Shown one piece after another: positions 28,307 through 36,150 of a stretch of DNA of 44,914 nucleotides. Numbering within the stretch: the first letter of the stretch is position 1; every line of letters begins with the position of its first letter. A model generated the notes under the pieces. It worked only from the letters and a program-made list of their open reading frames with translations, was not told the DNA's origin and searched no databases. Made by a program: the position numbers and the translations under genes. Source of the stretch: a virus (lineage: Duplodnaviria; Caudoviricetes); IMG/VR virus record IMGVR_UViG_3300037044_000223, positions 1 to 44,914 of that record. One strand, given 5' to 3'.

Positions 28307-31300
28307 TCGCGGGCAGGTGCCGCTATCGGATTCGTGCCCGCGCTCCACGTGACCGGGACGTACGGTGTGCTGCTTCCGCCTCCCGTTCCGGCAGGCCTTC
28401 ACGGGAGACGGAAGCAGTGGCACTATCCGGAAGGTCCCTGACATAACTGCCTCCCGCCGGGTAAAAAAACCCCCGGCGGTAAGACCTGGCATCCGGTGAG
28501 TTGCAGAAGTCTCCCGTTCAGCAAGCTTTCACAGGAGACTTCTGCAATGGCACTATTGGGGAAACTCGACGTAAACTGTCTCCCGCCGGGAGAAAAGCAC
28601 CCGACGGTAAGACCGGGACGTGCGGTGCAGTTCGGCCCGTCACTCCGCAAGGGCCTGCGTGACGGGCCTCAAGTCCAATATCCTGGAACGCCTCGAAAAA
28701 GCGTGCATGCCACGTGTGGTGCTGACCGGCGCTCCCCAAAAAGCCAGGGAGCGCCTAGTAGACGACCTTTTCAACCTGGACGAATAAACAAAAGTCGCAA
28801 GCGCCACGGCCTACGCGCTCCCTGCAAAAAAACGCAGGGAGCGCTCCGGCGGTGCAGTGCAGCCGGTCACTCCGCAAGGGCCTACGTGACCGGCTGCAAG
28901 GCCACGATCGGAGTATGCCACGGAAAAACAAAAGCCGCATGCCATGTTTCGTGCAGACCGGCGCTCCCTGCAAGGGCCGGGGAGCGGCTAGGCGACGACC
29001 TGTGCGACGCATTCATTCAAAACGCAGAAGGAAAGGGGTTAGGATGGCCACTGTTTGGACGTCCAATGCTGCCGTAACGCACCCCAAAAAGCCGGGGAGC
29101 GTTACGGATGCGACCTATCGAGGTACGCCAAGAAGAACAGCCGCCAGGTCCACGGCCTACGTGCACCCCAAAAAGCCGGGGAGCGCTCCGGCTGTGCAGT
29201 TCAGCCCGTCACAAAAAACCGTGACGGACCTCAAGTCCACATGGGGGAAAGAGCGAAAAAAACAGCCGAACCTTGGGCGTGGGGAACTGGTAGTCCGCTC
29301 CCTGCAAAAGCCAGGGAGCGGACTACAGACGACCTATTGAGGCGCTCAAACGAAAAGAAAAACAGCAGACTCCCCAGCCAGGAGCAGACCGGCGCTCCCC
29401 AAAAAGCCGGGGAGCGCCTAGGCGACGACCTTTTTGGCGCCACGAAAAAGAAATGGAGGCCGGTCACTCCCAAAAAACGGTCGTGACCGGCCAGCCATAA
29501 TCAGCGGATAAAAGCATTTTTTCGATATTACCCACCCACCACCCCGTCTTATTTTCGGCACGTGCAGAGCCATGCTCCGGGAACCTCGCGAAAAAACTCG
29601 GTACCCGTCTCAGGCGACGGAAGGACCGGGATATAGGTGCTTGAATATGAGGAGTGCGGCGCCGATCACCTGTCGGTCATCGGCGCCGGAGAACGGAAGG
29701 TGGAGAGCGACGAAACTACTGTTTTCCGGCACAATACGAGGCTATCTGCACGCTGGGGGATGCGCCACGGATAGGGGAATTGGCACGTTTTACTAACAAA
29801 GGATTGTTTGAAAAGCGACGGGTTGAGATTCGTGGTGCGCGACGTGGGGTTGTGCGTGTCATGCCCGTTGCAGAAAAGCTCGCAACGGTCACGCCACGGG
29901 GGATGATCGTGCAGTTGGAAAGATCGCATGTGGACGAAAAAACAAGAAAAGGATAACAGCATTATTCGATAATGCCCGCCCACCACCCCAACTGTAAAAA
30001 AAACCTCCGGAAACCCATGAAAAAACCTCCAAAAACCACTACAAAGCGCCTAACGGCGAAGGCCAAAACATAGTGAGAGGTTTTTTGCAGTTGCAAACGA
30101 TTCCTTTGCAACTGCAATGACAAAAACGGAAAAGTGTGAACGTTGGGAGTGTGCTCCGGAAACCTCACAAAAGCCTCAGTATCCGTCGCATGGGTACGAA
30201 AAAAACCGGAGAAAATCAAGACTTGATGAGCTTGCTCCGGGAACCTCGCCGAAAAGCTCGGTACCCGTCGCACGAGACGAAAGGGAAGAACGACGAGAGT
30301 AACAGCAACATCAAGGGCAAAAGCAACTGCAAAAGCAAAAGCAAAAGCAAAAGCGGGATGGCTTTGGTCGTGAGGAGCGTGCTCCGGAAACCTCACAAAA
30401 GCCTCGGTATCCGTCGCATGGGACGAAAAAGCCGGAACGGGGAGCCCGGACGTGGGGAGTGCGGCACCGATCACCTGTCGGTCATCGGTGCCGGTGGACG
30501 GGAGGAAAAGCGCGACAAACAACTTTCATCCGGGGACGGCAAAAGGTTGTCTGGACGTGGAGCGGGACGCGAACAGCGGGGCTGTCTGCACGTTTTACTA
30601 ACAAAGGATTGAATAAAAAGCGACGGGTAGAGGGCCGGGCGCTGGGGAGACGTGGGAAGCTGGTGTCACCCGCATGCAAAAAGAGCATGGGGCGCGCCAC
30701 TGGGGAAGATCGGGATTTAACAGCACGCCTGCGGCGGGCAAGGAAAGGGGTTAGGATGTCTGCTCCTTGCAAGTCCGTTGTGGGGCGGCCGGTCACTTTC
30801 CGTGACTCCCTGCACCAAATCTAGCGGCCGCCGGGTTTCCCATCTGGAAATTTATGCAATTCCCCAACACTTGCTAAAAGGATAAAAAGTCAAATTGAGG
30901 CTGGGGTGTTGTATCGTTCATCCTGTGTTCCAACCTGCCGCGCTATCGCTTGGCTCTTTTTCGGTTTCAAAAAAATAACTGCTCCCTTTTTGTCAAAAGA
31001 TCGGAAGGGGGTTTAGCCGTTATTTTTTCAAAACCTCAAAACTCTAAGCGCTCAAAACTCTTATTGAATCTTTTTCCCCCATGTTTCGTGATGCATGATT
31101 TTTCGGTTCAAAAATACATCCTTAGTCAAAAAGGGTTTTCGGCTGGTCGTCGTTGGGTGTGCTACTGCCGGGTTGCCGGTGTCGGTGGCCAGGTCGCCGG
31201 TCCCAGATCCAGGTGGCATCCGGCGCCCGGCTTCCAGGCTGCCCGGGCTGGGTGTCTGTTCGGGTCCAGGCGCCCGTGCGCCAGGGGTCCCGGTACATAT

Positions 31301-31467
31301 AAATAAACTCATAACATGCTGTTTTTATTATATAGTTCATAAAAATGAACCTATTTTTGGTATTTCGTTCATATTCTTGTACAATGGTTTAAATGCTTAT
31401 TTTGTGCCAGTATAATATTTTATATATCTGTTATTATTGTATATTTTACTTATACCATGGCACAAAT

Positions 31468-31483
31468 TGGCATGCAGCTTGCA
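31468..31483 (+). promoter_or_regulatory. Sigma-54 (-24/-12) promoter
   Basis: TGGCATGCAGCTTGCA fits TGGCACG-N4-TTGCW with correct spacing; AT-rich upstream region; ORFs with RBS follow. Confidence 0.75.
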
Positions 31484-31544
31484 TTTTCTTATAGTGCCTG
31501 GGCGTGTTGGCCAGGCGCAACTTTTCACAATAAGGGGGGGTCTT

Positions 31545-31739
31545 ATGTCGCTCAATTTTTGTATGCCGTCCGTTCATTCGCCGCGCGTTCCCTGCATCAA
31601 GCTTCCGCCGTTCGATATACGGTCCGAAGGCACTTCTTTCAAACAGCTTGTTTTCCTGGGCTATGAGTTCCACCAAACCCCACCACCTACCGAGTCTTCC
31701 GTTCAGTGCTCCGAGTTGCCTGTTCCTTCTCAGTCGTAG
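31545..31739 (+). CDS. Small hypothetical protein (64 aa)
   Basis: ATG after AAGGGGGGG, downstream of the sigma-54 site; no recognisable motif. Confidence 0.4.
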   Translation: MSLNFCMPSVHSPRVPCIKLPPFDIRSEGTSFKQLVFLGYEFHQTPPPTESSVQCSELPVPSQS

Positions 31740-31821
31740 TGCTCACCGCGCTCCCGGTGGTTGCCGGGGGCGCTTTCTTCATTCAGTGCCATTTTGTACG
31801 ATTATCTTCAGGAGGTGCCTT

Positions 31822-32211
31822 ATGCAGCTATCTTTTTTACGTGATTCATTGCCGGCCGGATATGTCCGTTTTTATCCCAATCTTCCCACGGAAATCTTTC
31901 TTGCCCTGGGCGGCGTTCAGGCGCTTGAAAAAGTTGGGGCTCACAATATCCTCAGCAGCCACAATGCCCTGCAAATCGATGTTTGCGCAGTCAATGGCGT
32001 TACCATGATTCATGTCACCCAAAACGTTCACAAGGCATATGATATTTATTTTTATAACAGCAAGGGGGCGTGCGTGTCGTATGCTTATCATGTCTATCAC
32101 CACGAGCTTGCAGGCGTGTTCCGGTCCGGCACCGGGCTTGTTTCTTTCAAGAAAAAGTACATCGGGCTCGATCCGGCCGTTTGCTGCGAAGAAGAGCAGG
32201 CGGTTGCATAG
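31822..32211 (+). CDS. Conserved phage/plasmid hypothetical protein (129 aa)
   Basis: RBS AGGAGGT; I...LGG......GA.N...YDI.F...VY..EL..VF...TGL pattern resembles a widespread small phage protein family. Confidence 0.75.
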   Translation: MQLSFLRDSLPAGYVRFYPNLPTEIFLALGGVQALEKVGAHNILSSHNALQIDVCAVNGVTMIHVTQNVHKAYDIYFYNSKGACVSYAYHVYHHELAGVFRSGTGLVSFKKKYIGLDPAVCCEEEQAVA

Positions 32212-32273
32212 GCCGGCGTGCGGCGGTACCCTCGCCAGGGTGGCGTCAGCAAATATCAAAATCTATCCGTTTC

Positions 32274-32305
32274 AGCGGCATCCTCTCCAGGTGCCGCTTT
32301 TTTTT
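32274..32305 (+). terminator. Rho-independent terminator
   Basis: AGCGGCATC-loop-GGTGCCGCT followed by a T run, after the 31822 gene. Confidence 0.75.
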
Positions 32306-32710
32306 GCCTCATTTTTCGTATTTTGCAAAAATGTCTCATAGTGTTGCATAGCGCTGCATTATGTTGCAACAGGCGGATAAAAGTACCCACTTTTTCATAT
32401 TCAGTAAAATAACAGTGCTATAAAAAAAGAATGATATTTATATTTCAATAAGTTACGACCTGGTGAGGCGCAGCCGGGGTTCCCCCCAAATAAAACAAAA
32501 ATATCCCATTTTCCCCTTTCCAGTCCAGGACATCATTTCTTGACCCCCCATTTTTTCGAAAAAAGGCTTCAAAAATTCGGGACAAAAAAGAAAAATACTG
32601 AATATACAATCAGAGAGCTGGTTTTTTTAAAAGTACCTGGTGCCGTTATTGTACTATTGCACCCTGTAGGTTTTTGTAGACGGGGTGTTTTTTTGCGACG
32701 GTTGTTTAAA

Positions 32711-32763
32711 AGTGACAAGTGACAAGTGGCCCGTTCCGTCACCCGTCACCCGTCACTTGTCAC
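32711..32763. repeat. Heptamer repeat palindrome (AGTGACA / CCGTCAC)
   Basis: Direct and inverted 7-mers; contains the TGA of the HTH gene. Confidence 0.75.
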
Positions 32764-32939
32764 CCCTTTAGGTTCTTTTTGATGTACTCATCAATGGAGT
32801 CTTTTAAAACACGCAAGCTACGGGGGCCGAGCATGATGGCTTTGAGTTTTCCAGTTTTAATCATATCGTAGATATGGCGCTCGGTGCAGCACAATTCTTG
32901 CGCTGCTTTGCGAATATAGACGAATTTTTCAGCGGTCAT
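32760..32939 (-). CDS. Excisionase-like helix-turn-helix protein
   Basis: AAQELCCTERHIYDMIKTGKLKA..LGPRSLRV; RBS GAGGTG before ATG 32939. Confidence 0.85.
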   Translation of the reverse strand: MTAEKFVYIRKAAQELCCTERHIYDMIKTGKLKAIMLGPRSLRVLKDSIDEYIKKNLKG

Positions 32940-32961
32940 AGGTTCACCTCGCAAAGCGTTG

Positions 32962-34806
32962 TCACTCCTTTTGCCGTTCCAGGTAAGAACATATCACGGA
33001 TATTTTTTTTCTCGGCATTGTCGGCAGCCCAGGTGTAGTTGACTTTGACCTGCCGAGCCACAGGAGACCGGCGCGGATAGCGGCTGCATAGGCGTAAATT
33101 TCAGCATCAAGCGCATCGTTTCGATCCCTTGTTTTCACCCATTCCAGATATGGGAAACCGCCTTTGATATGGGTTTCCATTTTTTCTGCGGTAAGCTGCA
33201 TAAAATATTCGTCTGTTACGCATTCATACCAGTGATAACAGCATGGTCCCGGAACTTTATTGTTTTTCAACCGGCCGTACAGTGTGGATTTCGCGGTATC
33301 GGTTCCGACCGGCCACAATTTGACGCCCCTGGGGATCTGCTTGCCCCTCCAGTTCAAATCTTGTTCGGAGGGTTTTCCTAATACAGGTTTATTGCGTGCG
33401 CGCTCGCCTTTTACGGCAAAAACACGGCTGTCTTTTTTTCGGCAATAGCTGTAAACTTGCTGTGTTTTGTAACCGGAATCAATAGCGACACCGGCCACAG
33501 AGATGACGGCATCATCACACATGAAGTTGTAAGCAATCAAGTCGTCAAGTTGTGATTCCCAGTCGCCGTAGATTTCCCCGTACCAAATGAGCCAGGATTC
33601 TTCACCGACTCCCCATCCGCGGATTACAACAACAATCCGGTTTTCCTGAACGTCAACACCAAACGTAATGAATATGACACCTGGGGGCGGTTTCATCGGC
33701 TCATAGGGTTCACACCTTAACCGGAGGTTTTCCCATTCCGGTTGTTCCCCGGCAACTTCATAAGGTTCGCCGAGTCGGGTATTTACCCAAACCTTCATGG
33801 ACATGGGATCTTTTTTTGCGTCGTTGTATTCCTGAGCGATCTGGCGCCAGGAAACAAAGCCGAGGGGAGACAAAAGGCCGCTGATGTGGTATCCGCGTTT
33901 TGACCGGTTTGGTTGTAGAGGAATCCATTTTCCCTTTTTCAACATCTTGTTTTTGTAATGCTCGTTGATTTTTTCACGACAATTCATGCAAGTGTACCAG
34001 ACATCTGTTACTTCGCCGTTTTCCTCTGTATAATGCAGCCCATGTTCTTCATTGTTCGTGGAGAAGATAAGTATTTGCCGGGTTTCACAGAAAGGGCAGG
34101 GTACGTGGTAATATCGCTGGTCGGATTTCTGGAATTCTTTTTCGATCAGAGATCCGCCTTTTATCGTCGGCGTGCTGATCTTCAGGATTTTTTTCCGGCT
34201 GGAGTAAGTATCGGTCCGGCGCTCGGCCAGGCTTACGGGGCTTCCTTCCCCGCCGATATCCGGTTCAAAGCCGTCGATGTCATCCAGGATCAAGTAACGG
34301 ATAGAAACGTTTCGGAATGCCGATCCGGAATTGCTTCCGGCCAAGTAGAGTGCGCCGCCGACAAAGTTTTTTGCAAGTACGGTGTTTCCGCCGGTGCGGC
34401 TTTTTGACGGGTGGACCTTTGCAGCGATCGAGGGGATGCTTTCGATCATGGGGGCGATACGGTTCCGGCTGTGGCGTTCCGCCAGCTCGACCGTGGGAAG
34501 CATGTACAAAATCGGGCCGGGTGCACAATCAATGATGTAGCCGATAAAGTTATTCGCCACTTCAGACCCGCCAATCTGCGTGGCTTTCATGACGGCGATA
34601 TCGGTTATTTCGGATTCTGAGACCGACAGTGCTTGCATAATTTCCCGCAGATATGGCGTACGCCTTGTGCGGTAGTTACCGGCTTCACGAGAGGCGACGG
34701 AATTCAGGACCCTTTTTTCATCGGCCCATTCGTCAACAGTGGTCAGTGGATCCAGTTCAAGGCCGTCGCAAGCGGCTTGAATAAAAAAAGTGCGGCCGTC
34801 AATCAT
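32962..34806 (-). CDS. terL: Terminase large subunit (GpA family)
   Basis: TPYLREIM, KATQIGGSE, ISTPT, SDQRYYHVPCP.C, GVDVQ and RNDALD motifs. Confidence 0.96.
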   Translation of the reverse strand: MIDGRTFFIQAACDGLELDPLTTVDEWADEKRVLNSVASREAGNYRTRRTPYLREIMQALSVSESEITDIAVMKATQIGGSEVANNFIGYIIDCAPGPILYMLPTVELAERHSRNRIAPMIESIPSIAAKVHPSKSRTGGNTVLAKNFVGGALYLAGSNSGSAFRNVSIRYLILDDIDGFEPDIGGEGSPVSLAERRTDTYSSRKKILKISTPTIKGGSLIEKEFQKSDQRYYHVPCPFCETRQILIFSTNNEEHGLHYTEENGEVTDVWYTCMNCREKINEHYKNKMLKKGKWIPLQPNRSKRGYHISGLLSPLGFVSWRQIAQEYNDAKKDPMSMKVWVNTRLGEPYEVAGEQPEWENLRLRCEPYEPMKPPPGVIFITFGVDVQENRIVVVIRGWGVGEESWLIWYGEIYGDWESQLDDLIAYNFMCDDAVISVAGVAIDSGYKTQQVYSYCRKKDSRVFAVKGERARNKPVLGKPSEQDLNWRGKQIPRGVKLWPVGTDTAKSTLYGRLKNNKVPGPCCYHWYECVTDEYFMQLTAEKMETHIKGGFPYLEWVKTRDRNDALDAEIYAYAAAIRAGLLWLGRSKSTTPGLPTMPRKKISVICSYLERQKE

Positions 34807-34957
34807 GATGAACCCATAAAAAGACAGAATTGGAATGGCAAAGCAAAAAGTTCAAGATCAAGGCGAGCAAGTCCTGAGGAGTGAGGCGTACGACCAGTAC
34901 GCCGCAACGACGAAGGATGCAGCTCAACGCAGATATTGGGCTTTTTGAGAAGCCATC
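34807..34957. mobile_element. MITE-like element, copy 2 (151 bp)
   Basis: Terminal inverted repeats GATGAACCCATAAAAAG / CTTTTTGAGAAGCCATC; flanks AATCAT/AGTCAT. Confidence 0.85.
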
Positions 34958-35603
34958 AGTCATGGTGATTACCCCGGATATGCGTCAGCGCATTTCTGAT
35001 TTCGTTTTCCAGGATGATCCGGACATTCGCCTCTTTTTTTTCGGCTGCAAGCTGGGCGCTTATCCTATCGATGATATTCAGTAAGCTGTCTCGGGTTTTC
35101 CGGTACATTTCAAAGGCGCCTTTTTGGACGTCTTCATCCCGCAACAATTTCCCGGACCGCTCTTCAAAGTCCAATTTTTTCATTTCGGCATTGTACTGTT
35201 CTTTTAACGTCCGAGCCGCGCTGAAGGACATTCCCGCCAACTCAATGGTTTTTGCTGTTTCTGTTCTCTGTCCTCCGTCATCCGTCATCTGCCCTCTGTC
35301 TTCAGTCTTCTGTCCTCTGTCATCTGCCCTCTGGTTTAACCTGGATATCTTGTTTTTAAATCCGCGGGCCTCGGGGTCCGAGTATTTTTTGACATTTTCG
35401 ACAGCGGTATCGATGTCAATCAGGTAATACCGCTGGTTTATTTTCGTAAACGTGTCGCCGAAAGCGCCTTTTTTGTGGAGTTGGGAGACACGTCCCTTAG
35501 TGACGCCGAGCCGTTTTGCAAGATCGGTAAGACTCCCGTATCCCTCCGGCAAAGAAACCAGCTTGCAATCTTTTCGAACCTTGGGGATTTTCTTTTTTTT
35601 CAT
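34956..35603 (-). CDS. terS: Terminase small subunit (Nu1-like)
   Basis: N-terminal HTH (LAKRLGVTKGRVSQL); ARTLKEQY.A...KLDFEERSGKL; RDSLLNI.DRISAQLAA; upstream of terL. Confidence 0.85.
   Translation of the reverse strand: MKKKKIPKVRKDCKLVSLPEGYGSLTDLAKRLGVTKGRVSQLHKKGAFGDTFTKINQRYYLIDIDTAVENVKKYSDPEARGFKNKISRLNQRADDRGQKTEDRGQMTDDGGQRTETAKTIELAGMSFSAARTLKEQYNAEMKKLDFEERSGKLLRDEDVQKGAFEMYRKTRDSLLNIIDRISAQLAAEKKEANVRIILENEIRNALTHIRGNHHD
35258..35333. repeat. Heptamer repeats inside the terS coding sequence
   Basis: (t/c)ctgtc(c/a/t)-type 7-mers encoding DDRGQKTEDRGQMTDDGGQRTE. Confidence 0.75.
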
Positions 35604-35622
35604 AAATCACACAAGTTGTTTT

Positions 35623-36150
35623 TCAGTTTTTTCCGCCGATCCCGCCGGCCAGCAATCTCAACTTTCTTTCATCCGATCCCCCGCAGCCGATCTGTGACCG
35701 GTTCCCGGTCCGCTCCACCGCCTGGTATGATTCGATAAATTCTTTGGCCCACCATTTCAGTTCAGATTCGGTCATTGTGCACACGGCCTGCCAGGACCAC
35801 CTGGAAGACATCAAGGTTTTGGTAACAGGGTCGTCAAAACAGGGGGTCCTGTATGAACCAAGCTCCCTGATCTGCTTCATGACAACCGTAACCTGTTTGC
35901 CGGCCCGGTCCGTTTCCGTCACGGGTGATCCGAAAACAGTTTCATAAAAATCCGCATAGGTCGGCTGGCTTGTGTACTTTCTTCCACGGATAATCTTCTT
36001 TGCGGCGGATTCCCATTGTTCGATAGTAATTTTGTCCTCTCTTGCCGCTTCAAACCAGAGGTTTAAAAGCGATTCTGTCGCAATGGCGCCGAAATTGGCT
36101 AAAACAGCCGTTGTACTCTTTGCAAAGTTTAACAGATCACTCTGTTTCAT
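35623..36150 (-). CDS. DUF6475-like replication-associated protein
   Basis: LGSYRTPCFDDPV....SW..VC......KW..KEF..SY motif; follows replication initiator. Confidence 0.7.
   Translation of the reverse strand: MKQSDLLNFAKSTTAVLANFGAIATESLLNLWFEAAREDKITIEQWESAAKKIIRGRKYTSQPTYADFYETVFGSPVTETDRAGKQVTVVMKQIRELGSYRTPCFDDPVTKTLMSSRWSWQAVCTMTESELKWWAKEFIESYQAVERTGNRSQIGCGGSDERKLRLLAGGIGGKN

Larger units (their letters stand above)
23461..30830 (-). repeat. Giant non-coding mosaic array of structured hairpin modules
   Basis: About 25 GC(T/A)CCC-loop-GGGAGC and about 12 GTCAC-loop-GTGAC hairpins (hand counts); internal duplications; compensatory substitutions; no credible CDS. Confidence 0.85.

Noticed and set aside
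24340-28355. HDV-like/theta ribozyme suggested by GCTCCACGT
   Set aside because: Resembles the L3 loop, but I could not form P3 or the nested pseudoknot by eye; a descriptor search would settle it
23461-30830. CRISPR array
   Set aside because: No constant 23-50 bp repeat with unique equal-length spacers; linkers are homologous to each other; no cas genes in window
23461-30830. Integron attC cassette array
   Set aside because: No consistent RYYYAAC...GTTRRRY ends, no cassette ORFs and no integrase seen
23461-30830. Terminator stack or CsrA/RsmA sponge
   Set aside because: A/T runs are mostly in loops rather than after stems, and GGA motifs lie in stems rather than loops
23023-31415. Many 60-200 aa ORFs on both strands in the insert (e.g. 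23532-23993, 25416-26021, 28496-29077, 29962-30522)
   Set aside because: Arg/Ala/Pro-rich translations of GC-rich repeats; repeat copies change frame through indels; no RBS or domain motifs recognised
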